A DNA stretch of 64,000 bases from Zancudomyces culisetae HAW-14-8 (taxonomy: Eukaryota > Fungi > Kickxellomycota). The stretch spans positions 620,001-684,000 of the forward strand of contig JBNJNM010000021.1 in the NCBI GenBank assembly GCA_052426225.1, read 5' to 3'. The notes under the pieces were generated by a model, which saw only the letters and a program-made list of their open reading frames with translations, was not told the DNA's origin and ran no database searches. The position numbers and the translations under genes were made by a program. The first letter of the stretch is position 1. Each line of letters starts with the position of its first letter. Below are positions 26,672 to 38,784 of this stretch, in pieces.

Positions 26672-29505
26672 AGCAACATTACTTGAAGCGTGAGCGGACA
26701 ACTCATGAAAGTGGTGCAGTCAGTAGTACGGGGGCTTTGATTGAGCACTGGGAGAGTTGTTTGTACAAAATGATCGAAAAATTGGTATTGAGTGTGGGAA
26801 AGTGTTTATCAAGTACCAGATGGCAACGGCGCACCGGAAAGCTGCCAAAAAACTCTCCTTTTCCCTCTTCTCCTCTTCATATTCCTCTTCCCTCTCCTCA
26901 ACAACAACAACAACAACAACAACAACAGTCGGGTGATGAAGTCAGATTATTCAATTCTTTTGCACATATTACACACACAAACCAAAAATCTATCAGCGCA
27001 GTTGATGCATTGGATAGCGCACGGCTAAATGCACTGCGAAACTCTGGTGCTGTTGAATGCTTCTATGGTTATAACGAAGATGACTATGTAGAGCTGACGC
27101 TATTGTGTCTGGCATTAGATGTTATTCCTAACGCACACATCCTAATTCCAACATACTGTGATACAAGGTTTATCGGATTGCTTGTGAATAATTTGGCTAA
27201 TTCGATAAACAAAGTAGTATCACTAAATACACATTCGAGCCACCGCGCAGTATTGGAGAAAAATGATGTACCGTGGGTTATTTCCGACCAGTCTTCGCGA
27301 ATCTACACTTTGGGATTGGATATTATGATATTAATACTCTCGTACTCCAACCATACGGCTACTCTGACAAAACAATTGTGGGATCTGTATGCTAGCACAG
27401 AGCCAGCCAAATATTTTTCTGTGGAAGAGACAGCGTTTGCGAGTTTTCCACTACTTCAAGACCTCTCTCACCCTTATAAGCTAGCGACATTGAATTCTAG
27501 TTATTTTAAACGACAGCAGCTATACCAACTGTGTGATGGCGTAGAAGATAAATTGCTAGAGCTGCTTAACAGGCTGAATACTTCACCTTCTCAGACACTC
27601 TTTTCCAACAAACAGCAGGAAGCTGTGGTGAAGGCAGGAACACTGCGCAAAATATCGAACTTGTTGTGGGTTCTGGGCAGTTATAAAAACACAGAGCGTA
27701 TTGAACATTATAACATGGTATTTCCATTGATCCAGGAAAAGCTGGTGGAATTAATCAAAAATTATAATGTGGGTATCAGTAGTAGTGCCAGTATTGGTGG
27801 AGATATTATATTATATGAAGTGTTTTTGTGTCTACGAGTTATTGTTTATCGGATGGGTTCCAACAGGCTGAATTCTATGCTTCCTGTGCTGATAACTGAG
27901 CTGGACAAAATATTTAATAAGTGGTTGACCTATAACCAAATCCTCAATAGCACTGCAACAAACATAAACACTTTAAACATCATTGGGCCAGCAACCACGA
28001 TTAGCTTTCTCAACGTATGCTTTATGTGTTGTAAGTTTATTGATAGCATGATTAAGCACAGCAATTCGATGATTCCCACGACCCAGGAAAGTAGCACAGC
28101 TATGAGTGGAGGTGGAGGTGGAGGAAGTGGAAGTGGAAGTGGAAGTGGAGGTGGAAGTGTGGTTGGCTCCGCTGGAACAACGATTAGAAGGGATGCTGCA
28201 AGAGGAATGGGTGGCGATTTTGTGTTTATGAATTCCATTTACTTTGATGAATACAAGATTATTGAAAAGGCGGATCCATTTTTGGATTATTATCATTCAC
28301 CTATGTTTATGTTTGAACAAGGCACTACTTTTTCACCATCATTTTTATATAACAAAGGAACCACTACTACTGCCAACAACAACAACAACAACAACAACAG
28401 TAGTAGTAATATTGGTAATGATGGTTTTAGTGGCGGCAAGAATGAATCAAACGCAAACAATAATCCTTATGGTCATTCCGGTCTATCTTCTCAATTCGGT
28501 AACTATTCTATGGATAAAGGCTTGAACTACACGTTTGGAATTCTTGGACAGCTAGCAAATGCACTAAAGAAACTAAACCAGTACTATCTTGGACAAAGCC
28601 ATGATACTAACGAGAATCCACACTCGCAATCGCAATCGCAATCGCACTCACATTCACACCCAGCTCCACAACATCATTATTCTGAAGACTTGACTGACAC
28701 ACACCAAATTAAAAACAGAAACAAAAAAAATGATGGTGATGGTGATGGTGGGGGAGAGGGAGAGGGAGAAGGTAAAGGTAAAGGTAAAGGTAAAGGTAAA
28801 GGTAAAGGTGAAACTGCAAATAAAGGCGTGCAAGGGTGGAAGCCACTGCTTTACAAGACCTATATCAACTCATCAACACCAGTTATCCATTACTGCGATG
28901 TGTTGACAGAATATTATAGCTTCTGTGGAGCCTGTAGAAATTCCGCCGGCAGTGGCCCTCAAGAACAGCCAAAGCTTTTAGCACCAAACACAACTTCTAA
29001 AGCCACCATGAATACTGCCACTACAACTGCCACTACTACCGCCAACTCTACGAATATATCAACATCAGCTGCTACAATGCCGTTAATAAACACTTGTGTC
29101 TACGACCTGCAGCTTGATCACTTGATTTTAAACCAAGATTTGTCTATATACATCGATACTGTCAACACGCCAATATTTTCCAAGTCTTTCCTGGCATCAA
29201 CGTCTCCATCTGTGGCTCCTGTAACGCCAACAGGTTCCGAATCAACCTATTTTTCATTCATGAACATCAATATGAATATCATGGGTGGGAGCAGTGCCAC
29301 CAACACCACAGCAACCACAGCAACCACAGCTACCTCAGCTACCTCTTCTCCTATGCCTCCTACACCCGTAAATAGTAGTAATACTCGTGGTACTCGTGGC
29401 GATCGTACTGGAAAACAACTGCTGTCTATCAACACATATCTCTACACTTCACCCACTGAATGTCTACTTGATTGTGCAATTGGTGAACAATCTAGTGTAT
29501 GGTAG
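20993..29505 (+). CDS. DOP1: Dopey family endosome/Golgi trafficking protein; exon 1 ~20993-21110, exon 2 21236-29505
   Basis: Dopey_N motifs FEYVTEWADITAFL, VAKRLAQCLNPALPTGVHQKAL and RKDMSLNRRVYSW. C-terminal motifs IQEKLVE and EVFLCLRVIVYRMG..PVLITEL. Intron GTATGT 21111 to AG 21235 keeps the frame. The exact start codon is uncertain. Confidence 0.93.
26641..29345 (+). repeat. Coding microsatellites in the DOP1 3' third: polyQ ~26641-26676 and ~26898-26927, (GGAAGT)n ~28108-28157, polyN ~28375-28398, (TCGCAA)n ~28624-28647, (GGTAAA)n ~28771-28809, T/A-rich repeats to ~29345
   Basis: Directly visible tandem repeats, all in frame. Confidence 0.85.
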
Positions 29506-29743
29506 CTTCAATTCACTGGGCTCTTTTGTTTTTATTTTTATTTTGAAATAGTTATTTATTTTATATTTATATTTCATACTTATAATTATGTTTATGTTTA
29601 TGTTTATATCCTGTATGAACAAAATGCCTAAAATGTTGTATTCAAAAAGAAAAAAGTATTAATGCCTACTCGATCTTGTATAGTACTACCGTTCCTAGTA
29701 TTAACCCTACTCCTTCCCCTTCCCCTTTCCCTTCCTCTCCTGC

Positions 29744-30898
29744 TTAATTAGATTTTTCATTAAAAAGCTGATCCGGAACCATAACGTCTGCCTTGGTAGC
29801 CTCTGACATGTCCAAAATTCCTAACGCACCTCTACCATCACTCCCAACGCCTCTAACACTGCTATATTTGTCTCCAAATATCCCCATGTGACTCATCAAC
29901 CGCGTAATCAAAGTAGACAAGAAGCCAATCATCACAAATGCTCCGCCAACAACCGAACAAAGCCGCACTATAAACTTGGAAATTGGCACGCGCACTTCTT
30001 TGACGCGCACAGCTATAGGTTCAACATCATAGTTAAAATATATCCCTGGATGTGCTGAATCATCAACTATCTCCGACTTGTACGTGTTGACTGCATACTG
30101 GTTCGTCACAATCATATCACGCTTGCCTCCATTAATTCCTGTGTATGTCGTGGGAACCACATTCATCTGGTACGTAAAAGACATCATTTCCCTATCTGCT
30201 ACCATCAATGTTTCATCTAGTGGATTTACTAGGCTCGGGTACAACTGCCCAAACGAAAACTCGTCAATAAAATGCGTGAAATTCATCCGCTCATGCGGTA
30301 CATGCTGGCCACCATACCCATGCCCGTATGCTGTTACATGTACTGATGCTTTGACCTTGTTCACCTCAATCGTACCATAGAATCTACAAGCCTGGGGAAG
30401 TTCACCCCTTTCACCTTTACCAGTGTACCTGCCGTTTACTGGTTTCTTCTTTTTCTTACTTAACTTGATTATATCATGGACATGCTCTTCGCTTCCCATT
30501 TCTTTTTTTTGCTTTGTTAGCCTGTTGTACCTTTTGTAATCAAAATACGTTGCCTCTCTCTTGGCATTTGCCGATGCGACTTTGTGGTTTCCTGTTCGGT
30601 CGAGAAAATCGATTCTGAGAAATTGACAGGGCATACTAATAGTAATGTCAAAATTAATCGCAAATGGATGCCGTGTCGAAGAATCTACTACAAACTGATG
30701 GTCTTCTCGGTACTTGTAGAAATTTCTTATTTCATGCATTAGGAAAAACGCCATTGTCGTATACACCACCAAACTCAACATTCCTCCTACCGTGGTTCGG
30801 GATTGGAAGCTTTCTTCCACTTTGGGAAACATATCATATTTTCTTAGTGAGTTCATAAACCCCATCTTTGTACTTTTCTTGTTTTCTGGACCTTTCAT
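29744..30898 (-). CDS. ERV41: ER-Golgi intermediate compartment protein, Erv41/ERGIC2-like
   Basis: YDMFPKV..T.GG + TM1, INFDITISMPC, CRFYG.IEVNKV, NFTHFIDEFSFG..NPLD, PGIYFNYD.EP + TM2. Lacks the Cys-rich CxSCYG insert typical of Erv46. Confidence 0.85.
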   Translation of the reverse strand: MKGPENKKSTKMGFMNSLRKYDMFPKVEESFQSRTTVGGMLSLVVYTTMAFFLMHEIRNFYKYREDHQFVVDSSTRHPFAINFDITISMPCQFLRIDFLDRTGNHKVASANAKREATYFDYKRYNRLTKQKKEMGSEEHVHDIIKLSKKKKKPVNGRYTGKGERGELPQACRFYGTIEVNKVKASVHVTAYGHGYGGQHVPHERMNFTHFIDEFSFGQLYPSLVNPLDETLMVADREMMSFTYQMNVVPTTYTGINGGKRDMIVTNQYAVNTYKSEIVDDSAHPGIYFNYDVEPIAVRVKEVRVPISKFIVRLCSVVGGAFVMIGFLSTLITRLMSHMGIFGDKYSSVRGVGSDGRGALGILDMSEATKADVMVPDQLFNEKSN

Positions 30899-31522
30899 GC
30901 AAAGTTGGAATAATTGGATTGTGAATTTGGCTGTTTATTTTACAACTAGGTTTACTTTGTGCAGTCAATAAAGTGTAGTTCTACACAAAAACCTAAAACT
31001 AATAAATTATTGCTATTTTTCTTTCACTTGCTTCAATTGCTTAAATTGCTTTGGTCCAAATTTGATACAATAGCTAAAAAAAGAAATAAAAAAAAAAGTA
31101 GCAAATACATTGTTTTCTTTTTTTATTTCTAGTTTTCTTTCCGAACCATTTTCGATGAAAACAAGACTACGTGGAACGAAATAATGAAATAGCTAGTTTC
31201 ATCCATATACCCGAGTTTATTGAAAACGCCCAAATGTACTATACAATATCAATTATTATTGTTTTATGAAGGGTTTTCTCTTAATATATCTAATACAGAA
31301 CATAAAAAAAAACTAGACTATTTCTACAAGTAACATTATCATTTCTCATCACTTCCCTCCTTTTTCCTTTAAAATATACTCGAAAAACCCTTTTTTATAT
31401 TAAAAAAAAGAGAAAATGTTCAAGCAAGGCTCCAAGTTTGTACAACAGCCACTGTCCTGTGGTAATTCTTCGCCACTATAGATATCAGTCTATCTATTTT
31501 CGCACACCTTAGCACCACCATC

Positions 31523-32338
31523 TTAGTGCTGATAGCCCGGGTTGTGAGGATATTGGTGTCCATAGGAATAATACATTTGCTGACCAGGAATAGGAACACC
31601 AACACCGGGACCAGCACCCCCATAAGATTGCATAATCGGAAGTGGCTGCATCTGCACTGGGTGGATAGGTGCGTGTTGATGAAGCGGATTTCCGCCACCA
31701 ACAGCCATACCCTCTGAATATACACTGTTGTCGAAATTGTTCTTCTTTGATTCGGCAGCCAATAGCCGCTCTGCCGCACTTCCGTGCCGTTCACCCTTTC
31801 CATCCTTCTTTAATGCATAGTTCACAACAATCTTCTTGTTGTTGAGATATTGTCCATCCATGCTCTCAATAGCCATATCCGAGCTTTCAAAATTGTCAAA
31901 GCTGATAAATCCATACCCCTTGGAATTTCCTGTCTCTAAATCGCGTACAATTTTGGGCATTGAAATAATATTTCCAAATGAGCTAAACGTATCATAAAGT
32001 TGTTTTTCATCCACAGAGTAATCCAGATTCGAGATGAACACGTTTGCTCCGACATCCGTAGGCTTTTTGTCAGCAAGCGCTTTGTTAACCCGAATTGGTT
32101 TCCCGTACAGCTTTATCATATTCATTATTTTCACTGCATAGCTAGCATCGGCTTCGCTTCGGAATTCGCAAAACCCATAGCCTTGTGTTTGCTGAGTCAC
32201 TCGGTCTTTGGGTAAATGAACATTTACTACTGGACCCGCCTGAACCATTAGTTCCCAAAGTAGTTCTACAGTTACTCGCTCATCCAGATTGCCGACATAT
32301 ACGGTGGCATCTTGATTTCTCTCTGTTTGCAATGACAT
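31523..32338 (-). CDS. HSH49: Splicing factor 3B subunit 4 (two RRMs)
   Basis: [47 protein letters not shown] and [15 protein letters not shown]. Confidence 0.96.
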   Translation of the reverse strand: MSLQTERNQDATVYVGNLDERVTVELLWELMVQAGPVVNVHLPKDRVTQQTQGYGFCEFRSEADASYAVKIMNMIKLYGKPIRVNKALADKKPTDVGANVFISNLDYSVDEKQLYDTFSSFGNIISMPKIVRDLETGNSKGYGFISFDNFESSDMAIESMDGQYLNNKKIVVNYALKKDGKGERHGSAAERLLAAESKKNNFDNSVYSEGMAVGGGNPLHQHAPIHPVQMQPLPIMQSYGGAGPGVGVPIPGQQMYYSYGHQYPHNPGYQH

Positions 32339-32797
32339 TGTTGGCGCAGTATATTTGGTCTTTTATTTGGGTTCCTGCTGGGAATTCTAGGGATCAAGTT
32401 TTATATTATTTTTTTTTTATGCGGAAAACTTGTTTTGATGTGAAGAAAATAAGAGAAAAAGATGATAATGCAAATGTTTTTTTTTTTCAAACGAATTTCT
32501 CAACCAAAAGAAAAAAAAAGCGAAGAAATGCAGTAAAAAATATTGCTGTTCTAGACTCAACGCACTCGCACACACTCGCGCATCCTACCCCTTTTCCAAA
32601 GAAAAAAAATAATTTTTCGGCTTTCGTCATCTTTTTTTCTTTAGTTTCCAAGTTCAAGGTTTGGTGCTAAAAAGTTTTTATATTCAATATAAAACTAAAA
32701 GCCACGGCTACCCATCTATAAATATTTGGGATATTATAGATACACCAAATCGAGAAATTCTTGTGGATTTGAGTAAAACAGTGAAATCCAGCGCATT

Positions 32798-34666
32798 ATG
32801 ACAGATTCTAACCCTACATTTTTCCTATATCGATCGGGGAAGGATTATGGAGTATTCAAAGGGCCACCACATAGTGGGGAGATAGAGATAGAAAAGCCCG
32901 ATCCGCAAATCAAATCAATCAAGTACAGCCCCGAAGGAAAGTACGTAGCGCGGATATGTCAGACAAAGGTATCGATTTTGGATGGACTGAATTACAAAAC
33001 AATCTATGAAGTGGGAGGTCCGACTGTGCTAGATGTGGTTTTTTCACCAAAAAGTACCTATTTTATGACTTGGGAAAAGTACATAAAGTCGGTGGATGAC
33101 AAAAACACCCACAAGAACCTAAAAGTATACAGAACAGCGGACGGAGAACTGTTGGGCGAGTTTACACAAAGGTTTTACAAGGACTGGGCTCTGCAATGGA
33201 CAGATGACGAAAGCTATATGGCCAGAATGGTTACAAACACCATTCAGTTTTACAAGCCAGTAAAGGACATAGGCTGTAAAGGAGCAGATATGCAGCTACA
33301 TGTGGAGGGAGTCAAGGCTTACTCACTGTCCAAAGGAAAGAACTGCGCAGTGGCAGTGTTTGTGCCTGAACGCAAAGGGGCACCAGCATTGGTCAGGCTA
33401 TTTTCTATGGGAAATTTCTCTGTGCCAGTAGCCAGTAAATCATTCTACAAGGCGGATTCGATTGATTTTATATGGCATAAAATTGACAATTCACTGTTGG
33501 TGATGACACACACTGAGGTCGACTCAACAGGCAAGAGTTACTATGGAGAAACATCGCTTTACTACTTAACTGCTACAGGAAACTATGACTGTAAAGTAAT
33601 GCTTGATAAGGAGGGACCAGTTCATGACGTCGCATGGAATCCCGCATCTAAGGAGTTTATTGTTGTCTATGGATATATGCCAGCCAAAGTCGCGCTGTTT
33701 AACAACCGTGCAGAGGAAAAGCATACGTTTGGAATCGAGAAATACAATTACGTTCGATTCAACCCTCAGGGCCGTATATTAGCTCTGGCTGGACTTGGTA
33801 ACCTGTCAGGAAAGGTAGTGTTGATTGACATGAAAACTAAGAAAACAATAGTAACTTTGGATGCTCATGGTTGCTCGGTGCTTGCCTGGAGCCCCTGTGG
33901 AAGATATCTGTTGGGTGCCACTCTTTCACCAAAGCTTCGTGTCGACAACGGATTTAAGATTTGGCACTATTCCGGCACCTTGGTCCAAAGCCGCGAAATC
34001 TCTGAGCTGTACGATGTACAGTGGATGCCCGCTGATGCCTCTTTGTACCCACAGCCTGCCGCACTTGATCGCATTCCCTCCAATATTTCGACCATGATAT
34101 CTGAATCGTTCACTCCCACGCACACATCTGCATCCTCCACTCCAAAACCCACCGGTGCTTACCGACCTCCACATGCAAGAAATAGAGATGCACAAGGCTC
34201 TTCTCCGGCTATTTCTACCAAACCTCTCGTACCTGGTGCCCCTCCTCCAAAATCCTCCAAAAAGCCGCTTTCCGCCGCGAATACTCCTGTAAGATCTGTT
34301 CCTGGTGCCCCTCCTTCCTCCTCCAAAAAATCCAAGCCTCCAAAGCCATCCCAGTCTACCTCCAACGGCACACAATCCCCACCATCATCTAGACCTCCAT
34401 CAAATTCCCATGATCACACCAACTCCCGTGCCAACAAACCAGCCAAGAAAGCTGGAGATGATGCTTCACCAGCCGCCCAACAATCACACGCTGCTTCTGA
34501 TACTGTCAAAAAGGCACTGGCTTTGAAGAAGAAACTTCGACAGATTGATGCCTTGGAAAAAAGACGTGCCAGCGGCGAGACTTTAGACCCTTTGCAAGTG
34601 GCTAAGTTAGATTCCAAGGCCGGGCTTATAGCTGAGTTGGAATCTCTAGGTTTTTCAAAGAAATGA
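32798..34666 (+). CDS. EIF2A: Eukaryotic translation initiation factor 2A
   Basis: Beta-propeller motifs KSFYKAD, VDSTGKSYYGE, GPVHDVAW, GYMPA, GNLSG and SPKLRVDNG, then GAYRPPHAR and C-terminal LKKKLRQIDAL..LDPLQ. Confidence 0.95.
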   Translation: MTDSNPTFFLYRSGKDYGVFKGPPHSGEIEIEKPDPQIKSIKYSPEGKYVARICQTKVSILDGLNYKTIYEVGGPTVLDVVFSPKSTYFMTWEKYIKSVDDKNTHKNLKVYRTADGELLGEFTQRFYKDWALQWTDDESYMARMVTNTIQFYKPVKDIGCKGADMQLHVEGVKAYSLSKGKNCAVAVFVPERKGAPALVRLFSMGNFSVPVASKSFYKADSIDFIWHKIDNSLLVMTHTEVDSTGKSYYGETSLYYLTATGNYDCKVMLDKEGPVHDVAWNPASKEFIVVYGYMPAKVALFNNRAEEKHTFGIEKYNYVRFNPQGRILALAGLGNLSGKVVLIDMKTKKTIVTLDAHGCSVLAWSPCGRYLLGATLSPKLRVDNGFKIWHYSGTLVQSREISELYDVQWMPADASLYPQPAALDRIPSNISTMISESFTPTHTSASSTPKPTGAYRPPHARNRDAQGSSPAISTKPLVPGAPPPKSSKKPLSAANTPVRSVPGAPPSSSKKSKPPKPSQSTSNGTQSPPSSRPPSNSHDHTNSRANKPAKKAGDDASPAAQQSHAASDTVKKALALKKKLRQIDALEKRRASGETLDPLQVAKLDSKAGLIAELESLGFSKK

Positions 34667-34968
34667 TTTTTTCTCCTTTTCTTTTCTGTCGTTACTTTTT
34701 TTTCCATTTTCCAGCTAAACCTGTAATACAATAAATTGGCAAGGGATTCTCGTACTAAAAAAAATTTTAACGTGTTTTTCGATTCAAACTTTTTTTTTTT
34801 TGGTTAAGCGTTATATAAATATGGTCAAATCTTGAATATAACAAAATTATACAAAGTAAACACCCACTTCTTCAATAATAATAAAAAGCAATCGACAACT
34901 CAACAAAAGAGTATCATAAAACACACACAGTAAATAAACTTTAGTTTTAGAACAACCGAGTCGGACAA

Positions 34969-36532
34969 ATGAAATCAGCTCCTACAACTAGACCAGCTTT
35001 TGCAAGGGGTCATACAGATCCTACCTCTCGACCCAATAATGGTTTTCACTCAAAGAATCACCGTTACAAGCAGAAGCCACGCACAACAACCAACGACAAC
35101 GCGTCTAAAACCACCAAAAATCTTGCACAAATCAAAAAACGGTTACGCGATATCGATCGTTTGAAAAAAAAACTGGTATGCTTTTCTTTTACTTGTACAC
35201 TTTTAAATCCATAGTCTATCTATTCTATTCTATGACGATGTTCACAATAATCAATATTTTGTGTGGTATTGTACTTATATAATAGGCTCAAACAGAAGTG
35301 AATTCCGTCAAATTTACAGCTCTTGAACGCGAGGAGAAAAGTTTAAACGTCTTGAAGGTACAGCACGAAAATAGCAATTTAGAAAAGGAGAATGCAAAAA
35401 AATATCACAAAATCAAATTTTTCGGTAAGCCCCACTCCTTTTCGTTCACATTCATGTTTTATTTTTCACTTGGATTCGGAAATATCCTCATCATTTTTGA
35501 GCATCTCCTAGCATATTCCAACTCGACTAGAAGGATGATATTGAACAAAAAATCATAACTATTTAATCTAATAGACCGAAAAACCGCTACTAAACATTTG
35601 AAAAGGCTTGAAAAGCTTGCCGAGCATCTTAGTTCCGAGCATGATATTTCCAAACTTGCGGAATCGACTAAGAGTGAATTGATTGTCGATCTGTGGTATA
35701 CAATGGTAAGCTACTCTGTGCCCTAAATTTGATTTGATGTTCATTCCACCTTATCCTCTATTTCATATCTTTTTCTTTTCTTCCCCTTTCCTCCTCCTCC
35801 TCCTCTTCATACACTTCTGTGTTATCGGTGATTTGCCGTTATACCTGGAAATCGTTTTCCCTTATCTTTCTTTTTAGCCTTACAAGCTCAGCTCCATTTT
35901 TTTATTTCTAATATAATGGATATGTACTTTTATCTACTGCAAAAATAGTTTTACCCAAACAGATTTAAGTATATATCTTTATATCCAAAGAGCAGCAGTA
36001 ATAAGGATGACGAAAATGACGACAGCGAAAGTACTTATGATAATACAGATACTATCGACTCAATTAAGCAACTTTGTAAAACTATATCGGCTACCAGAAA
36101 CTCAGGAAACCAACATGTGTGTTCACTTCGCGAAAAGATCAAATTGGCCATCAGCAAGAGCTTGTTACCCGATGATCCTAGGACAGTATCCGTAGATCAA
36201 AGAACCAAGATTACCAAGAGCATCTATTCAATTTTGGATTTGTCATCACATCCACCAATATTGACATCCAACTCTAATGATAATGATAAAAATAACGATA
36301 GTGATATTGATATCGATGCCTCTGTTGATAATGATAACAAAGGTAAGTACGAATTTTCTTTTTACCTATTTTTTTTCTTATTTTTATCATTCAGCTTGCT
36401 TTTTTTCTCCATTTTACCTAGCTATATGGAATTTTCATTTAAATCTCATATTCAAACTAACTTGACACTTTAATAATAATATCAACAGATTCCAACGCTG
36501 CTCAAGAGATTCAAGACGAATTTTTTGAATAA
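34969..36532 (+). CDS. EFG1: rRNA-processing protein Efg1; exons 34969-35175, 35286-35424, 35575-35705, 35949-36342, 36489-36532
   Basis: Spliced protein has IKKRLRDIDRL, KKYHKIKFFDRK, VDLWYTMFYP..KYISLYP and the terminal DEFFE characteristic of Efg1. All introns are GT-AG and phase-consistent. Confidence 0.88.
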
Positions 36533-37022
36533 AACGACCAGGCCGTCTAGTTTTCACCTACTACTTTTTATTTATTTTTACTCGAATTTTACCGGTATAT
36601 CCATAATTTTAATAGATTAAAGCTAAGAACATTTTTAAATTTTACTAGGGGCGGGAGAAGAGAAACTTATCGAGTCACTCACTCATGTAAAAAACTTCAA
36701 GAAATATCAAATCAATAAACTCCTTCCTTGCTCAGACATCCTCGAGAGCTTTTAGTTTTTTTTTCTCTTGTTTCTGTAATGGATGCTAGCTAACCAAGTC
36801 AAATAGATTTTTCATTCAGAATTGGTTGAGGTAAACCAAGTTGAAATCTTTATCACCATTAACATTGTATCGCTAATCAAGATAATAATAATTAAAGCAA
36901 GAGATGTTTTTCTTGTCCCGGGGTTTTGCTCTGTTTTTGGTTTATGTGTAAATTGACGCGAGCTCCAATACAATCCTTCTTGTTGACTATTCCTCGCACC
37001 AGAATCGTAGCGGTATCTCAAT

Positions 37023-38753
37023 TCATTCATAGAAATACCTTATGCAGTTTACCACACTTTTTATTGGTAAACAGTAGACTGGATGAAGAGAATTCTATTT
37101 TTAATCAAAGAGTATTTTGATTGATTTTGATTTTTCATGGCCGAAATACAATCAATCATGTTTTAACCACCAAAGGCAAACATATATATTTCGCTACAAA
37201 CTCATACCAACAGGTGTATCAAATTTCCAGACTTACCAAATCGTTTAGCGGATTTCCATAGACCATTTCCTGCTCCTCGATCTCTTTCCATCTGAAAAGT
37301 TTTTTATAGTCAAAAAGCTTACGTCCGTATTGAGGATCTGAGCTAGTCTTGTTCTCTAGGCTATGTAAAGTAGATCCAAGGCTATTTTTATCGCTACCAC
37401 CACTAAGGCTCGGTAGTTCTTCCCTCACAACCATTTTCTGTGATAGAGCCAAGCCTGAGAGACAATACAATGTATGGTAGTAATCTGGGCGCCTAATTTT
37501 TACATTTTAATTATTATTTAGCTCGCTATCTGCGCATCCCTCGTATCACAACAGTCGGAATCAAAGGTGATGGTTTTTCATCATTCTCCTTCCTCTCTTT
37601 CTCTCTTCTCTATTTTTAGCTTTAACACCAACACCAACACCAACACCACACCCAGCTAACCTTTCACTTTGTTTTTAATCATTTTAATATCCCAAGCTAA
37701 TTAGCACTTACTTTCCAGGTTTATCAATCAACCCTCCATACCCCTCCTCTTGGCAGCAAAGTAAAATATATCTCTGGAGCGCATCTAATATTTTTATTCA
37801 TTTCAGACATCAACTTTTCAGCTTAAGAAGTTAAACGTATGTTATAATGTAATTGTGACGTTTGAGTATACTGAATGAACCCTAACTTTCGAACTAAACG
37901 AGATATCAATAAAACATGCATTTTTTACCTCTGTCATATACGAAATCTATATAGCAATACATGTAGTGCAAATCAATTATTTATTACGTTTCATTTGGTA
38001 TCGTTATACCCTCGAAATTATAATAATCATAATTATAACCATAATTATAACCATAACCATAATCGTAGTAGTAGTAGTAGTAGTAACTTTGATAAACCAT
38101 TTTAACCATTAGGATTATTCAATTAGGTTAAATATATTAAACTCCTTACCATGACAATTGCCTGAATTGAAAACACTTTGGTGTATGATTGGAAATATAG
38201 CCCCAACCCAGTATGAATAGCACCCGTCTACCAATTTGTTTGTTCTCCCATTGAAGCCTCCTTCAAATGCCATTTGTCTATTCACAGTCCACTCCTATTT
38301 GATGTTTGTTATGTTCACGTTGATAGTTATTCGCTTCAAACCGCATATTAGATTATATCTTTATTTGATATATCGCTTTTCGAAGTATGAGTAACTTGGA
38401 TCGTGCTATACCATAGCAATATACCATATACCTCTCCCACCCCAATATCTTGTCTTCAACAAGTGCTTTTACCGCAGTACTCCTCGGTATATTCATCTTT
38501 TTTCTCCACAACTTATTCGGGAGAGGGGAAAGGGGAGAGGTATGAGAGTTTACATTATTTCAAATCCTTCTTTTAGCCTTATAACGTTCATTTCTGGTGT
38601 TGGTGCTACTTACCAGGAATCTATCCATATCTATACATTCGAAACAATCCAAAATCGCAACTGATGCGCTTGCACAAAGTGAATATCCACCATGCGATTC
38701 TACACCTGGATACGGCCCAAATCCTCCGTCGTAATTTTGACATCTAATATTAA

Positions 38754-38784
<31 letters not shown>

